Shown in pieces: positions 23,740 to 33,901 of a DNA stretch of 64,000 nucleotides. Source of the stretch: Arenicellales bacterium (GTDB taxonomy: Bacteria > Pseudomonadota > Gammaproteobacteria > Arenicellales > Poriferihabitantaceae); assembly GCA_965200715.1 (NCBI GenBank), contig OZ241374.1, forward strand, positions 467,972-531,971, given 5' to 3'. Under the pieces are notes generated by a model that saw nothing but the letters and a program-made list of their open reading frames with translations, did no database searches and was not told the origin of the DNA. Position 1 is the first letter of the stretch; each line of letters begins with the position of its first letter. Position numbers and translations under genes: made by a program.

Positions 23740-23749
23740 TGACATGTCA
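23740..23749. promoter_or_regulatory. Perfect 10-bp palindrome TGACATGTCA upstream of the SBP gene. Candidate operator.
   Basis: Seen at 23740-23749, 57 nt upstream of the SBP start (23683) in the 177-bp promoter gap. The only regulator in the cluster is the GntR-family protein. Confidence 0.25.
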
Positions 23750-23860
23750 AACCTTATATACGGGTATAAGTGATAACAAGCTCAAGACAGTCATTGGTTT
23801 ATGATTATGGCGGTATCTCCGATCTTCAAATTATGAAATCATGTTATATCCATACAATAT

Positions 23861-24664
23861 TCATGATGGATGGATAATGGTAATTTCATTGCCAACGCTT
23901 ACTATGCCGGTGGATTCAGGAATCATGTTAATTCCGAAGTAAACCTCACCATCTGATCCAGTTCGATACTCGGAAAGTGTTCTTATCGGTTCGGGGCCCT
24001 CGATTATGCCCGTTTCTGGATTCACGGTTGGCACTGAGCACCGTGGGCAACATTGAGCAAAACGTAAGTCAATACCGTTGATTTCAATTTTCCTCCATTC
24101 ATCTTCTTCAAAAGGATTTTTACCTTGAAAAACGATATTGGGCCGGAAGCGCTTCATGTCCACAGGGTGATCGAGACGACCATTTAAGTCATTAAGTGAA
24201 GCATGATTTGTCAATAACAAAGGAAAACCATCGGCGAATAAGGTTGAGTCGCCCTCTTTAGCGACTTGTGGGTCACATGCACGGGTTTCGGAAGTAGGAA
24301 AATAGGCCAGTTTACACTCTCTTCCGAGCGCATCACTTAACCAAGAATTGATATGATCGCTGTGAATAATGGCATTTACTTTATCACCCCATACTTCTAC
24401 AGAGGTTTTTTGACCGTTTTCACTTGGACAGGGCACATAAATATCATCCATCCCAAAAGTCGATAAAACGAGTTGATTTTTCTCTAAGCTGGTTTGGACC
24501 AGAGACATTTGTGGGCAAGAACGTTGGGTTATGAATTCCCCATGAGGATCAATTACCATCCAACGACGATCAAACTCGAAACCGGTATTTAACAAAGTTG
24601 CTCGAATAATCGGGATCCCAGCAAAAGATTTAACAGGATAGATGTATAATTCTTTAATGATCAT
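23861..24664 (-). CDS. MOSC domain-containing protein (YcbX-like, without ferredoxin domain)
   Basis: MIIKELYIYPVKSFAG N-terminal beta-barrel signature. C-terminal MOSC region with CPRCSVPTVNPETG. Start set at ATG 24664. Confidence 0.85.
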   Translation of the reverse strand: MIIKELYIYPVKSFAGIPIIRATLLNTGFEFDRRWMVIDPHGEFITQRSCPQMSLVQTSLEKNQLVLSTFGMDDIYVPCPSENGQKTSVEVWGDKVNAIIHSDHINSWLSDALGRECKLAYFPTSETRACDPQVAKEGDSTLFADGFPLLLTNHASLNDLNGRLDHPVDMKRFRPNIVFQGKNPFEEDEWRKIEINGIDLRFAQCCPRCSVPTVNPETGIIEGPEPIRTLSEYRTGSDGEVYFGINMIPESTGIVSVGNEITIIHPS

Positions 24665-24730
24665 AGCGAATATACTTTTAATCTCTGCCTCTTCAGGAGT
24701 ATGAGTGCAGGGATACATCAAAACGTGATT

Positions 24731-25891
24731 ATGACAGAAAAACCTGCGCTCGACTTACTCCAAGATTTAGTGGCATTCGATACTACGAGCCGTCATTCGA
24801 ACCTCGAACTGATTGAATATGTTATTGCACACTTAGAGTCACATCAGATACCTTTTGAATTAACTCATCGAGAGGACAGAAAGAAAGCAAATTTATTTGC
24901 AACACTTGGTGATTCAAATGCCCCTGGAATTGTTCTGTCAGGCCATACGGATGTGGTACCGGTTGACGGACAGGATTGGTCAAGTGATCCATTTCAAACA
25001 GAAGTTCGTGGTTCGAGACTGTATGGAAGGGGTGTTACCGATATGAAGGGTTTTGTTGCTCTTTGCTTAAGTCGGGTGGAGCACATTTTGCAAGCCGATC
25101 TACCCATACCTATACATTTGGCGTTTTCTTATGACGAAGAAGTTGGATGTCTGGGAGTGCCAAAATTACTGGATAGACTAAAGCATCGGTCGGTACAACC
25201 GAAAGCTTGTATAGTAGGTGAACCTACAAATTTGTATCCGGTTAGAGCACACAAGGGAATGTTCTTCAAGCGGTGTCATGTGCATGGCAAATCTGCCCAT
25301 TCATCACTGGTCGACCAGGGTGTGAATGCCGTAACTGTTGCTGCAAAAATCATCACAAAAGTTGACCAGATTCAACAACACATTGTTAAAAACGGTCCTT
25401 TTGATGAGACATTCGACCCCCCGTATACCTCGTTGCATTGTGGGGTTATTCATGGGGGCACTGTGAACAATATTATACCGTCTCATTGTCAGTTTGATTT
25501 TGAGATCCGAGCTCTACCCGATGAGCAACCAGAAAAATTATTTGAGGAGTTGCGGGCTTATATTGATGCGGAGATTTTGCCAAACATGCAAGCGATTGAT
25601 CAAAAAACTGGAATCGAGTGGCAGAATCTAGCCGAGTTTCCTAGCATGAATACTCTCCAAGATGATCCAATCATTAAGTTGGTATCTGAGATTCTGGGTA
25701 TCGAGTCTCTGGCAGGAAAAGTCAGTTATGGGACTGAGGGTGGACATTTCCAGAAGCATGGAATACCAACAGTAATTTGCGGCCCTGGCAACATTGAGCA
25801 GGCACACAAGCCAGATGAATTCATCGAGCTTGAACAGATTGAGAAAGGGGGACAATTTCTAGATAATCTCATCCGTACATTGAAACGATGA
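24731..25891 (+). CDS. argE: Acetylornithine deacetylase (M20 family, ArgE-like)
   Basis: LVAFDTTSRHSNLELIEY, LSGHTDVVP, GRGVTDMKG, YDEEVGCLG and GTEGG motifs. Start set at MTEKPALD (24731). Confidence 0.85.
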   Translation: MTEKPALDLLQDLVAFDTTSRHSNLELIEYVIAHLESHQIPFELTHREDRKKANLFATLGDSNAPGIVLSGHTDVVPVDGQDWSSDPFQTEVRGSRLYGRGVTDMKGFVALCLSRVEHILQADLPIPIHLAFSYDEEVGCLGVPKLLDRLKHRSVQPKACIVGEPTNLYPVRAHKGMFFKRCHVHGKSAHSSLVDQGVNAVTVAAKIITKVDQIQQHIVKNGPFDETFDPPYTSLHCGVIHGGTVNNIIPSHCQFDFEIRALPDEQPEKLFEELRAYIDAEILPNMQAIDQKTGIEWQNLAEFPSMNTLQDDPIIKLVSEILGIESLAGKVSYGTEGGHFQKHGIPTVICGPGNIEQAHKPDEFIELEQIEKGGQFLDNLIRTLKR

Positions 25892-25895
25892 ATCA

Positions 25896-27164
25896 ATGAT
25901 TTTTTTAGGTCTAGGCTCCAATCAGGGCGACCGCCGTGATAATTTAAGACAGGCGATTTCTAGATTGAGGCAGAATGGGTTTGATGTCTTGCGAATTTCA
26001 CCCGTCCTTGAGACCCCTGCCATGCTTGGTGAGAATGCCAACTCAGACTGGTTGCAACCCTTTCTGAACTGCGTAGTCGAGTGCAGTAGCGAGCTTCATC
26101 CTAAAGAAGGTCTTGCTGTAGTGAAAAGAATCGAGTCCGACTTGGGTCGTACCTCTGGCCCCAAATGGTCTCCACGACCGATTGATATCGATCTTTTGAT
26201 TTGGAATTTTGAGTGTATACAGGAACCAGATTTATGCATTCCTCATACAGGCATTTCCAAAAGAAGCTTTGTTTTGACCCCATTGTTGCATCTTGTGCCG
26301 GGGTTGTGTTTGCCTGGGATGGCAGAAAACATCTTCGAGATGAGTGAGCTTGGCGATTTCGACCCCTTGTGGATGGGTATTGTCAATTTAACTCCCGACT
26401 CATTTTCAGGGGATGGCAAGTCTTTCGATTCGTGTGAATTGGAGAAAACCCTCGATTCTTTTATCCAAAAGGGGGTTCAGATTGTTGATTTTGGAGCTGA
26501 ATCGACTCGCCCGAATGCTGTTCCAATCGATCTAGACGAGGAGTGGCATCGGCTGGAACCGGCATTAAAACTATTTCGAGACAAGACTCAAGGAGATCCA
26601 TTGGCTCCCCGTATTTCTGTCGATAGTTATCATTGGCAAACGATAGCTAAAGCGGTTGACTTTGGTATTCACTATATCAATGATGTTGGTGGATTAAAAA
26701 ATCCCGAAATGTGTGCGATAGCGAGAGAAAGTTTGTGTGATGTCATTGTGATGCATAGTTTATCTGTGCCAGCAAATCCCAAGGTGAAACTTACCCGAGA
26801 AGAAAGTGCCCTACGTCAAGTCAAAGATTGGATTGATGGTTGTGCCGAATACTGGATAAACCAAGGGGTAGATCTAGATCGCATCATTATTGATCCTGGT
26901 ATTGGGTTTGGTAAAGATGCATTGCAATCTTTGGAATTGCTTAGAGCGTGTAAGCAAATTCGTAATACACGTCTCCGTTTGATGATCGGACATTCCCGAA
27001 AATCATTTATGAAGGAATTTAGCGGTGAAGCGCAAAACAGGGATCTTGAAACGTTGGGAATTTCACTAGCCTTATCCGGCAATGTCGATATCTTTCGTGT
27101 GCATGATCCGATCTCACACATGCGAGCACATCTCGCCTATCGCCATGTTCGGAGGGTTGGGTGA
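25896..27164 (+). CDS. folK: Bifunctional HPPK / dihydropteroate synthase (FolK-FolP fusion)
   Basis: Residues 1-150 are HPPK-like (MIFLGLGSNQGDR..., RPIDIDLL, IPHTG). Residues from about 160 are DHPS-like (MGIVNLTPDSFSGDG, DFGAESTRP, INDVGG, IIDPGIGFGK, GHSRKSF). One uninterrupted 422-aa ORF. Confidence 0.9.
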   Translation: MIFLGLGSNQGDRRDNLRQAISRLRQNGFDVLRISPVLETPAMLGENANSDWLQPFLNCVVECSSELHPKEGLAVVKRIESDLGRTSGPKWSPRPIDIDLLIWNFECIQEPDLCIPHTGISKRSFVLTPLLHLVPGLCLPGMAENIFEMSELGDFDPLWMGIVNLTPDSFSGDGKSFDSCELEKTLDSFIQKGVQIVDFGAESTRPNAVPIDLDEEWHRLEPALKLFRDKTQGDPLAPRISVDSYHWQTIAKAVDFGIHYINDVGGLKNPEMCAIARESLCDVIVMHSLSVPANPKVKLTREESALRQVKDWIDGCAEYWINQGVDLDRIIIDPGIGFGKDALQSLELLRACKQIRNTRLRLMIGHSRKSFMKEFSGEAQNRDLETLGISLALSGNVDIFRVHDPISHMRAHLAYRHVRRVG

Positions 27165-27167
27165 ATT

Positions 27168-28016
27168 ATGGAATTGCTGAGATCTCCGTGGAGAAATATT
27201 TTCCTAGATTTTTCGCGTTCAATTGAAGAAAATGCAACAATAGTGTCGCCCTATATTTCGGCTCAGCCTCTTGAGGAAATCGCTGTAAGTGTTCAAACTC
27301 CGAAATCGGTACAGTTCAATATTTGTACTAAACTCGATTCGAATAGTATCTTGCATGGTTCACTGGATTTGAATGCAATACAGAAATTTTGCTATAAGTT
27401 TCCGATTACCACAGTCAAACATTTGCCAGGTTTACATGCCAAGGTCTATATTGCGGATGATCATACAGCCATCATAACATCGGGAAATCTTACAATTTCC
27501 TCATTATCACGAAATCTCGAATATGGAATTCGCGTGCATGATAAAGAAACGATTTCTCAAATTTCAGATGACATACAGCAATATCAAAGATTTGGCTGTG
27601 AAATCTCTTTGCAAAGACTGAACGATTTGTGTAAACAGTCTAATCGAATGGTTAAGGCTTATCTGGATGCTAACGATTCAAATTCAGCAGAAATACAATT
27701 AAATGATAGATTGGATCGTCAACGCAAAAAATTTCAAAATAGTATCGAGAAATTGCGTGGAGAATCTGGTGCAACGATCACGTCAATATTCAGTCAAACA
27801 GTGCTTCATGTATTGAAAGATGGTTCATTGACGACTTTTCAAATCAATTTGTGTATTCAAGATTTGCACCCAGATCTCTGTGATGACTCGAAAGATAGAG
27901 TGATAAATGGAGTTCACTTTGGGAAGAAATGGAAACACCATGTGCGAAATGCGCAACAAGCGCTTATGCGAAAGAATCAAATACTTCTTATCGATGGAAA
28001 ATGGCAATTGCCTTGA
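27168..28016 (+). CDS. PLD/HKD-family nuclease-like protein with a C-terminal Mrr_N-like winged-helix domain
   Basis: 282 aa. Single HKD motif LPGLHAKVYIADDHTAIITSGNLT. A helical/charged linker (QLNDRLDRQRKKFQNSIEKLR). The C-terminus VLHVLKDG...INGVHFGKKWKHHVRNAQQALMRKNQILLIDGKWQL resembles the N-terminal wHTH of Mrr-type restriction proteins (SGQ..YKNR..WA...L..AGL...RGKW.L). Starts 3 nt after the folKP stop. Confidence 0.7.
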   Translation: MELLRSPWRNIFLDFSRSIEENATIVSPYISAQPLEEIAVSVQTPKSVQFNICTKLDSNSILHGSLDLNAIQKFCYKFPITTVKHLPGLHAKVYIADDHTAIITSGNLTISSLSRNLEYGIRVHDKETISQISDDIQQYQRFGCEISLQRLNDLCKQSNRMVKAYLDANDSNSAEIQLNDRLDRQRKKFQNSIEKLRGESGATITSIFSQTVLHVLKDGSLTTFQINLCIQDLHPDLCDDSKDRVINGVHFGKKWKHHVRNAQQALMRKNQILLIDGKWQLP

Positions 28017-28144
28017 GTTTTTCTCTAAATTTCTGAATTTGCAAGTCACATAAACATGGTAATTCGATGCGATAATTCCATTTCTGATTAAGATATGCTA
28101 TGAAATATAACTCAGCAGTTAAAATATCACTATGGAAACAGAAA

Positions 28145-29110
28145 ATGAAAGCTTTACTATTATCCATAACGGTTACGATACTCATCATCTCGCAGGCAAT
28201 GGCTGATATCACCACTCGAACAGTGACCTTCGAGAACGAAGGTGCTTCTCTATCAGGTACCCTCTATTTACCGAGGGAAAATCCTAGCGAGCGCCTGCCT
28301 ATAGTTTTCGTGACAGGTGCTTGGACTAGTGTTCAGGAACAAATGCCCAGCGTCTATGCAAGAGCTATGGTGGAGCGCGGCTTCGCTGCCTTCACTTTCG
28401 ATTTCCGCGGCTGGGGTAAGTCCGGAGATTTATCTGATGGCACCCGCTATAAGGAGAATCCACAAGCGAAGATTTCAGATATCCGTGCTGCCATTGAGTT
28501 TGTCTCGAAGTTAGAGGTAGTGGATAAAGAGCAAATCAACGGGCTTGGTATTTGTGCCTCTGCTGGATACATGGTCGATGCAGTTGCGGGAAATCCCTTG
28601 GTTAATCGTGTCGGCCTAGTTGCTCCATGGTTGCAAAATGATGAACTCGTGAAGGCCGTCTATGGTGGGGATGAGGGTGTTAGTGGATTAATCGCAATTA
28701 GCCAAGCCGCCGAAGCAAAAGGTGGTGAGATCATTCCAGCTGCAGGTCCGGTAGGAGCCGAGGGTGTACTGATGCCGATTGTTTATCTCCCATGCCCGGT
28801 GTGCGGCTATTACCATGAGCCAAGCCGTGGAGCGATCCCAGAGTATGATAACAAATGGAATCAGGCAAGTTGGGAAGGTTGGCTAAACTATCATCCAGCG
28901 GACAATCCTGAGCGCTTAGATAAGCCGTTAGTGGTCGTGCACTCTGAAGCTGCCGCGATTCCTGATGGAGTTAAGACCTTCATCAATGGATTTGCTGGCC
29001 ATTCAACACTCAAATGGCTCGAAGATGTGACACAGTTCGATTTCTATGATAATCCCGAAGACGTTAGGCGCGCAGCCGATTTCGTTGCCAAGCACTTTCA
29101 TCAAAGTTGA
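28145..29110 (+). CDS. Secreted alpha/beta-fold hydrolase
   Basis: Signal peptide MKALLLSITVTILIISQAMA. Nucleophile-elbow-like GLGICASAGY. Overall alpha/beta hydrolase-like layout. Start set at 28145. Confidence 0.7.
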   Translation: MKALLLSITVTILIISQAMADITTRTVTFENEGASLSGTLYLPRENPSERLPIVFVTGAWTSVQEQMPSVYARAMVERGFAAFTFDFRGWGKSGDLSDGTRYKENPQAKISDIRAAIEFVSKLEVVDKEQINGLGICASAGYMVDAVAGNPLVNRVGLVAPWLQNDELVKAVYGGDEGVSGLIAISQAAEAKGGEIIPAAGPVGAEGVLMPIVYLPCPVCGYYHEPSRGAIPEYDNKWNQASWEGWLNYHPADNPERLDKPLVVVHSEAAAIPDGVKTFINGFAGHSTLKWLEDVTQFDFYDNPEDVRRAADFVAKHFHQS

Positions 29111-29572
29111 CTGTTTAACTCGATGTGTCAAGGGAATTCACGTTGACAAATCCTGATTAGCACAAAAAGTACTATGTTCTATGATCAAGGTGAATTGTAT
29201 ACCCGATGAGTGAGATCATGGGTATAGTATCGAATATCCACACCAATATTTAGATGTTTTCTTCCAAGTCTGTAACGAACAACCATGTTTGGCGGAATTA
29301 TCAGTATACAGATGGAACACTATATCCTACACCGGACTACTTTGAACTGTCCTTGACACTGTAAAGTACCTAGATTGAAGCAGAATGAAATATGGACGAT
29401 ATCTGATTCATGGGATAGCCAACTTTCCTCAGCTAACGATGCATCTAGAAAACCAAGGGCGATAGGAGGAACACATGGGGGTGAATTTAATATAGACGGC
29501 GGAAGCGAAGCGCGGTATATCTCGGTGTCCATTATGGAACGGCTGGTAGATTCTGAAATGACGAATAAACCA

Positions 29573-30640
29573 TCAAGCTGACAGGCTTGCGTCGAATTTT
29601 TTCATCATCTCAATGATTCTTTTTACTGCGGTGGGTAAGCCGGTAGCTACTGATTCTAGAGGATCGTACCAAAGATAATCCTGATCAGGATGAGTCGAAA
29701 CGGTTTTGGAGACTGTGATCTCACAAAGTATTGGCATAATCTCGAGTTCGTAATGCGAGAATCCATGTCGCAAAAGAGCTAGAGGATTTGTTGAGATGAC
29801 TTCAAAGTTAAACATTTCCTTGCAATACTGATTCACATCAAGATCAGAATGGTCCAGTTGGGGCAGGCTCCAAAGCCCGCCCCATATTCCTTTGAGTGGA
29901 CGTTTGCATAGTAATATGAAGCCATCAGAACGTCGCAGGACCAGCATTCGGCAGGACTTGATTGGGCGAAGTTTTTTCTGTTTACGAGCCGGATAGCTTT
30001 CGATCTGGTCCTGAGTATAAGCCAAACACCGAGAAGACACCGGACACTCCCCACACAAAGGGTTGCGTGCCCGACAAATCAATGCTCCTAGGTCCATGAT
30101 CGCCTGGGTATAATCTGCAACTCTCTCTTCAGGAGTATGGCGGTCGGCGAGTTCCCATAAACGTTTTTTGGTAACTTGTTTTTCCTGAGGTCCTCCTACC
30201 GCATGGTATCGACTGAGGACGCGCTTAACGTTCCCATCTAGGATCGGATGACGTTCATTTCTTGAAAAAGCTAGAATCGCTCCTGCTGTTGAACGTCCTA
30301 TCCCAGGTAAATTTACCACCTCATCCAGAGTTTGTGGAAAGATGCCATTGTACTCATTGCGAATTCTACGCGCGGCCTGATGAAGATTACGGGCTCTTGA
30401 ATAATAGCCAAGGCCTGACCAATAACTCATGACCTCGTCAAGGTTGGCTATTGCTAGAGTTGATATGTCTGGAAATCTGCGCATGAAATCCTGATAAAAT
30501 GGAATCACCGTTTCGACTCGGGTTTGTTGAAGCATGATTTCCGAGACCCAGATTCGATAAGGATTTTTTTGGGCATGCCAAGGCAGATTTCTGCGCCCGC
30601 ATTGATCATGCCAGTTGAGTACTTCGGTGGTAAAATTCAT
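29573..30640 (-). CDS. mutY: A/G-specific adenine DNA glycosylase MutY
   Basis: HhH-GPD region (LPGIGRSTAGAILAF), Fe-S cluster CRARNPLCGECPVSSRC, C-terminal NUDIX-like domain. 355 aa. Confidence 0.95.
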   Translation of the reverse strand: MNFTTEVLNWHDQCGRRNLPWHAQKNPYRIWVSEIMLQQTRVETVIPFYQDFMRRFPDISTLAIANLDEVMSYWSGLGYYSRARNLHQAARRIRNEYNGIFPQTLDEVVNLPGIGRSTAGAILAFSRNERHPILDGNVKRVLSRYHAVGGPQEKQVTKKRLWELADRHTPEERVADYTQAIMDLGALICRARNPLCGECPVSSRCLAYTQDQIESYPARKQKKLRPIKSCRMLVLRRSDGFILLCKRPLKGIWGGLWSLPQLDHSDLDVNQYCKEMFNFEVISTNPLALLRHGFSHYELEIMPILCEITVSKTVSTHPDQDYLWYDPLESVATGLPTAVKRIIEMMKKFDASLSA

Positions 30641-30831
30641 GAAATCTGGAAAATTGTTATTGGTTATTCATATAACATGCATTGTTTCAAAATGATCTTG
30701 CTGACAATAGATATAATCGCCATTTCATGGTTATAACGAATCACCCACCCCGGGCGGTATTTTTGCAAAACTTTTTGAGATTCTTATTTCCGCAATCGAC
30801 TCGTTATAGGCAGGTTGATTCAATCAAATCC

Positions 30832-32805
30832 ATGCTGTGTATTCGATTCTGGCTACTGTTCTGTCTGTGTTTTATTGGATCGTTAACATACGCTAACGAC
30901 TCAAGCTCCAAGATTATACGTTCACACGGGATTGCGATGTATGGTGAGCCCAAATATCCCTCGGACTTTACCCATTTTGACTATGTTAATCCATATGCTC
31001 CCAAAGGAGGAACGTTTCGAACGGGGGCCACAGGCACCTTTAACAGCTTCAACCCGTGGATCGACAAAGGTACAGCCGCTGGCTCCGGTGCCCATGAATC
31101 ACTGATGACCTCCTCCGATGATGAAGCCTTCACCTATTACTGTCTAATCTGCGAACAAATCGAATATCCAGAAGACCGATCATGGATTACCTTTTTTCTG
31201 CGCTCAGAAGCTCGCTGGCATGATGGTCGGCCCATTACTCCGGAAGACGTAGTCTGGTCATTTAATACTCTTGTGGAAAAGGGAGATCCGTTTTGGCGAG
31301 TCTATTATTCGGATGTTAATGAAGTGGTCAAAACCGGTTCCAATCAAGTCCAATTCAAATTCAAACTAGCCGGTAATCGTGAATTACCAATGATTGTTTC
31401 ATCATTTCCGATTCTTCCCAAGCACTATTGGGAAGCTGATGGTCGTGATTTCTCAAAGACCACGCTTGAACCACCGCTCGGAAGTGGCCCATATCGTATC
31501 ACCGACTTTGAGGAAGGACGCTATATCGTACAGGAACGTGTACAGGATTACTGGGGGAGTCATCTAGCAGTCAATCAGGGAAAGAACAATTTCGATTCCT
31601 TGCGAACACGGTATTTCAGGGATCGAATCCCCTTGAGACTGGCACTAAAATCGGGTGATCTTGACTATTACTTTGAGAACACCGCAAAGAGTTGGGCAAC
31701 AGAATTTGATATCCCATCTGTTCGCTCAGGTTCGCTGGTTCGGGAGACTGTATATCATTCCTCTCCACAAGGTATGCAGGCCTTCGTGATGAATCTTCGC
31801 AGGCCTCAGTTTATGGATAGAAATATCCGCAAGGCAATCATATTGGCGTTTGATTTTGGCTGGACAAACCAGAAGATTTTTTATAATCAATATATTCGTT
31901 CAGAGAGTTTCTTCAGCAATTCCGAACTGGCTTCTTCGGGTATACCACAGGGTCGTGAGCTGGAAATACTAAATACTTATCGAGATCGTTTGCCGAGCGA
32001 GATTTTTCATAAACCCTTTGTATTACGGGAAACTGATAGTCAAGGCTGGCCACGCGAAAATCTGCTTGAGGCCTTGGAATTAATCAGTCAGTCGGACTAT
32101 GAGATTGTTGATGGCAAGTTGCTTAACCCAGAAGGTCAGCCCGTGCGAGTTGAGTTCCTACTTTACAGTGCCTCTTTCGAACGAATCGTTTTACCTTACA
32201 TAGCAAACCTGCGTCGATTGGGCATTGACATGAGTGTCCGATTGGTTGATCGGAGTCAATATATCAATCGGTTAAGGGCTTTTGATTACGACATGATTGT
32301 TTCGGGATGGGGGCAAAGTGAGTCACCAGGGAATGAACAGAGAAACTATTGGAGTTGTGCAGCGGCTGAACAACCCAGTAGTCGGAATCAGTCTGGAATA
32401 TGTGATCCGGTCGTTGATGAGTTAATTGAAAAGTTGGTGGTTGCAGATGATCGAGAAGAATTGATAGCGATAACCAGAGCTTTGGATCGGGTTCTACTTT
32501 GGCATAATTTTGTTGTTCCAAACTGGCATATTGCAGCTGATCGAATACTGTGGTGGGATAAATATGATCGGCCAGCCATTCCACTCAGGCATGGAGTAAG
32601 CACCAATCGATGGTGGTACGATGAAGAAAAAGATCGAAATCTTCAAGCCACTTTGGAGGGTGGATCGATCGCACAAAATGACGTCTCATCCAGTTCCGCC
32701 ACACGACCGACAGGTTGGCGTTTGACTTTGTTGGTTGGTGTCATTGTGGGGGGGTTAATAATCATCCGAAGTAGGATGAAACATCGCAAGAAGGGGGCAG
32801 ATTGA
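30832..32805 (+). CDS. yejA: YejA-like family-5 extracellular solute-binding protein (peptide/microcin C-type ABC importer) with a C-terminal hydrophobic tail
   Basis: [32 protein letters not shown] is the typical YejA N-terminus. It precedes yejB, yejE and yejF. Start set at [10 protein letters not shown] (30832). The C-terminal [26 protein letters not shown] is extra. Confidence 0.85.
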   Translation: MLCIRFWLLFCLCFIGSLTYANDSSSKIIRSHGIAMYGEPKYPSDFTHFDYVNPYAPKGGTFRTGATGTFNSFNPWIDKGTAAGSGAHESLMTSSDDEAFTYYCLICEQIEYPEDRSWITFFLRSEARWHDGRPITPEDVVWSFNTLVEKGDPFWRVYYSDVNEVVKTGSNQVQFKFKLAGNRELPMIVSSFPILPKHYWEADGRDFSKTTLEPPLGSGPYRITDFEEGRYIVQERVQDYWGSHLAVNQGKNNFDSLRTRYFRDRIPLRLALKSGDLDYYFENTAKSWATEFDIPSVRSGSLVRETVYHSSPQGMQAFVMNLRRPQFMDRNIRKAIILAFDFGWTNQKIFYNQYIRSESFFSNSELASSGIPQGRELEILNTYRDRLPSEIFHKPFVLRETDSQGWPRENLLEALELISQSDYEIVDGKLLNPEGQPVRVEFLLYSASFERIVLPYIANLRRLGIDMSVRLVDRSQYINRLRAFDYDMIVSGWGQSESPGNEQRNYWSCAAAEQPSSRNQSGICDPVVDELIEKLVVADDREELIAITRALDRVLLWHNFVVPNWHIAADRILWWDKYDRPAIPLRHGVSTNRWWYDEEKDRNLQATLEGGSIAQNDVSSSSATRPTGWRLTLLVGVIVGGLIIIRSRMKHRKKGAD

Positions 32806-32806
32806 C

Positions 32807-33901
32807 ATGGGAGCATATCTGGTTCGTCGTTTGCTTTTGGTCATCCCGACCCTGTTCTTGATCATGTTGCTGAATTTTGCGTTCATTCAATTCGCCCCAG
32901 GTGGACCGGTCGAGCAAGCCATTGCTAATTTGACTGGAACTGGAGAATCGGAAACAGAACGAATAACCCGCGATGCCTCCGAAAATATCTTGGCTGACCA
33001 AACCACAGCAACCGGCGGTCAGTATCGCGGCTCACAGGGACTCGATCCAGAATTTATCGAAGAACTGGAGAAGCGTTTTGGATTCGATAAACCGATGCAT
33101 GAACGATTCTGGATCATGATTGGGAATTATCTCCGCTTTGATTTTGGAGATAGTTTTTTTCGCGATACCCCTGTGATTGATTTGGTTCTCGATAAAATGC
33201 CAGTGTCCATCTCGCTCGGCTTGTGGTCAACCTTACTGATTTACTTAATTAGTGTTCCACTGGGTATTCGTAAGGCGGTCAGAGATGGTAGTCGCTTTGA
33301 TCTGACTAGCAGTATTCTGCTTACGGTTGGGGTTGCCATACCTGGATTTCTTTTCGCTGTTTTGTTATTGGTCATTTTTGCAGGCGGTGAATATGTGAAA
33401 TGGTTCCCATTGGGGGGTCTAGTCTCGGAGAATTGGGAATCTATGAGTTGGCCAGCACGTATCATGGACTATTTTTGGCATTTAACATTACCTTTGGTTG
33501 CGCTGACGATTAGTGGTTTTGCAACTTTAGCCATGTTAACGAAGAACTCCTTTCTGGATCAGATTAGTCAGCAATATGTTCTAACAGCAAGAGCTAAGGG
33601 ACTGAGTGAGAGGCGGGTAATGTATGGTCATGTTTTTCGTAACGCCATGTTGATTGTGATTGCAGGTTTTCCAGCAGCATTAGTTGGTATTCTGTTTACC
33701 GGTGCAATGCTGATCGAAATTATCTTTTCACTAGATGGTCTAGGCTTACTTGGATTTGAGGCAGCACTCGCGAGAGACTATCCAATTATGTTTGGAACTT
33801 TGTGGTTTTTTACCCTGCTCGGACTCTTGCTGGGTATTCTTTCTGACCTTGTGTATACATGGGTTGATCCAAGAATTGACTTCGAAAGTAGCGAAAGATG
33901 A
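32807..33901 (+). CDS. yejB: ABC transporter permease YejB
   Basis: 364 aa. DppB/OppB-type permease (N-terminal [27 protein letters not shown]-loop region [20 protein letters not shown]). Position after yejA. Confidence 0.88.
   Translation: MGAYLVRRLLLVIPTLFLIMLLNFAFIQFAPGGPVEQAIANLTGTGESETERITRDASENILADQTTATGGQYRGSQGLDPEFIEELEKRFGFDKPMHERFWIMIGNYLRFDFGDSFFRDTPVIDLVLDKMPVSISLGLWSTLLIYLISVPLGIRKAVRDGSRFDLTSSILLTVGVAIPGFLFAVLLLVIFAGGEYVKWFPLGGLVSENWESMSWPARIMDYFWHLTLPLVALTISGFATLAMLTKNSFLDQISQQYVLTARAKGLSERRVMYGHVFRNAMLIVIAGFPAALVGILFTGAMLIEIIFSLDGLGLLGFEAALARDYPIMFGTLWFFTLLGLLLGILSDLVYTWVDPRIDFESSER

Noticed and set aside
29111-29581. 460-bp gap between the convergent hydrolase and mutY genes, with ORFs at 29320-29532 (-) and 29375-29581 (+) and a TATACCC/GGGTATA hairpin near 29198-29228.
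   Set aside because: The two ORFs overlap each other, have odd composition and lack RBSs. The hairpin is imperfect and has no T-tract. I found nothing supportable beyond 'long spacer', but it is worth including in an Rfam/blastx scan.
32623-32802. YejA C-terminal tail considered as a GlyGly-CTERM or PEP-CTERM sorting signal.
   Set aside because: The GG (EGGS) lies about 18 residues before the hydrophobic helix rather than adjoining it, and there is no PEP motif. It is reported only as a generic C-terminal TM anchor.
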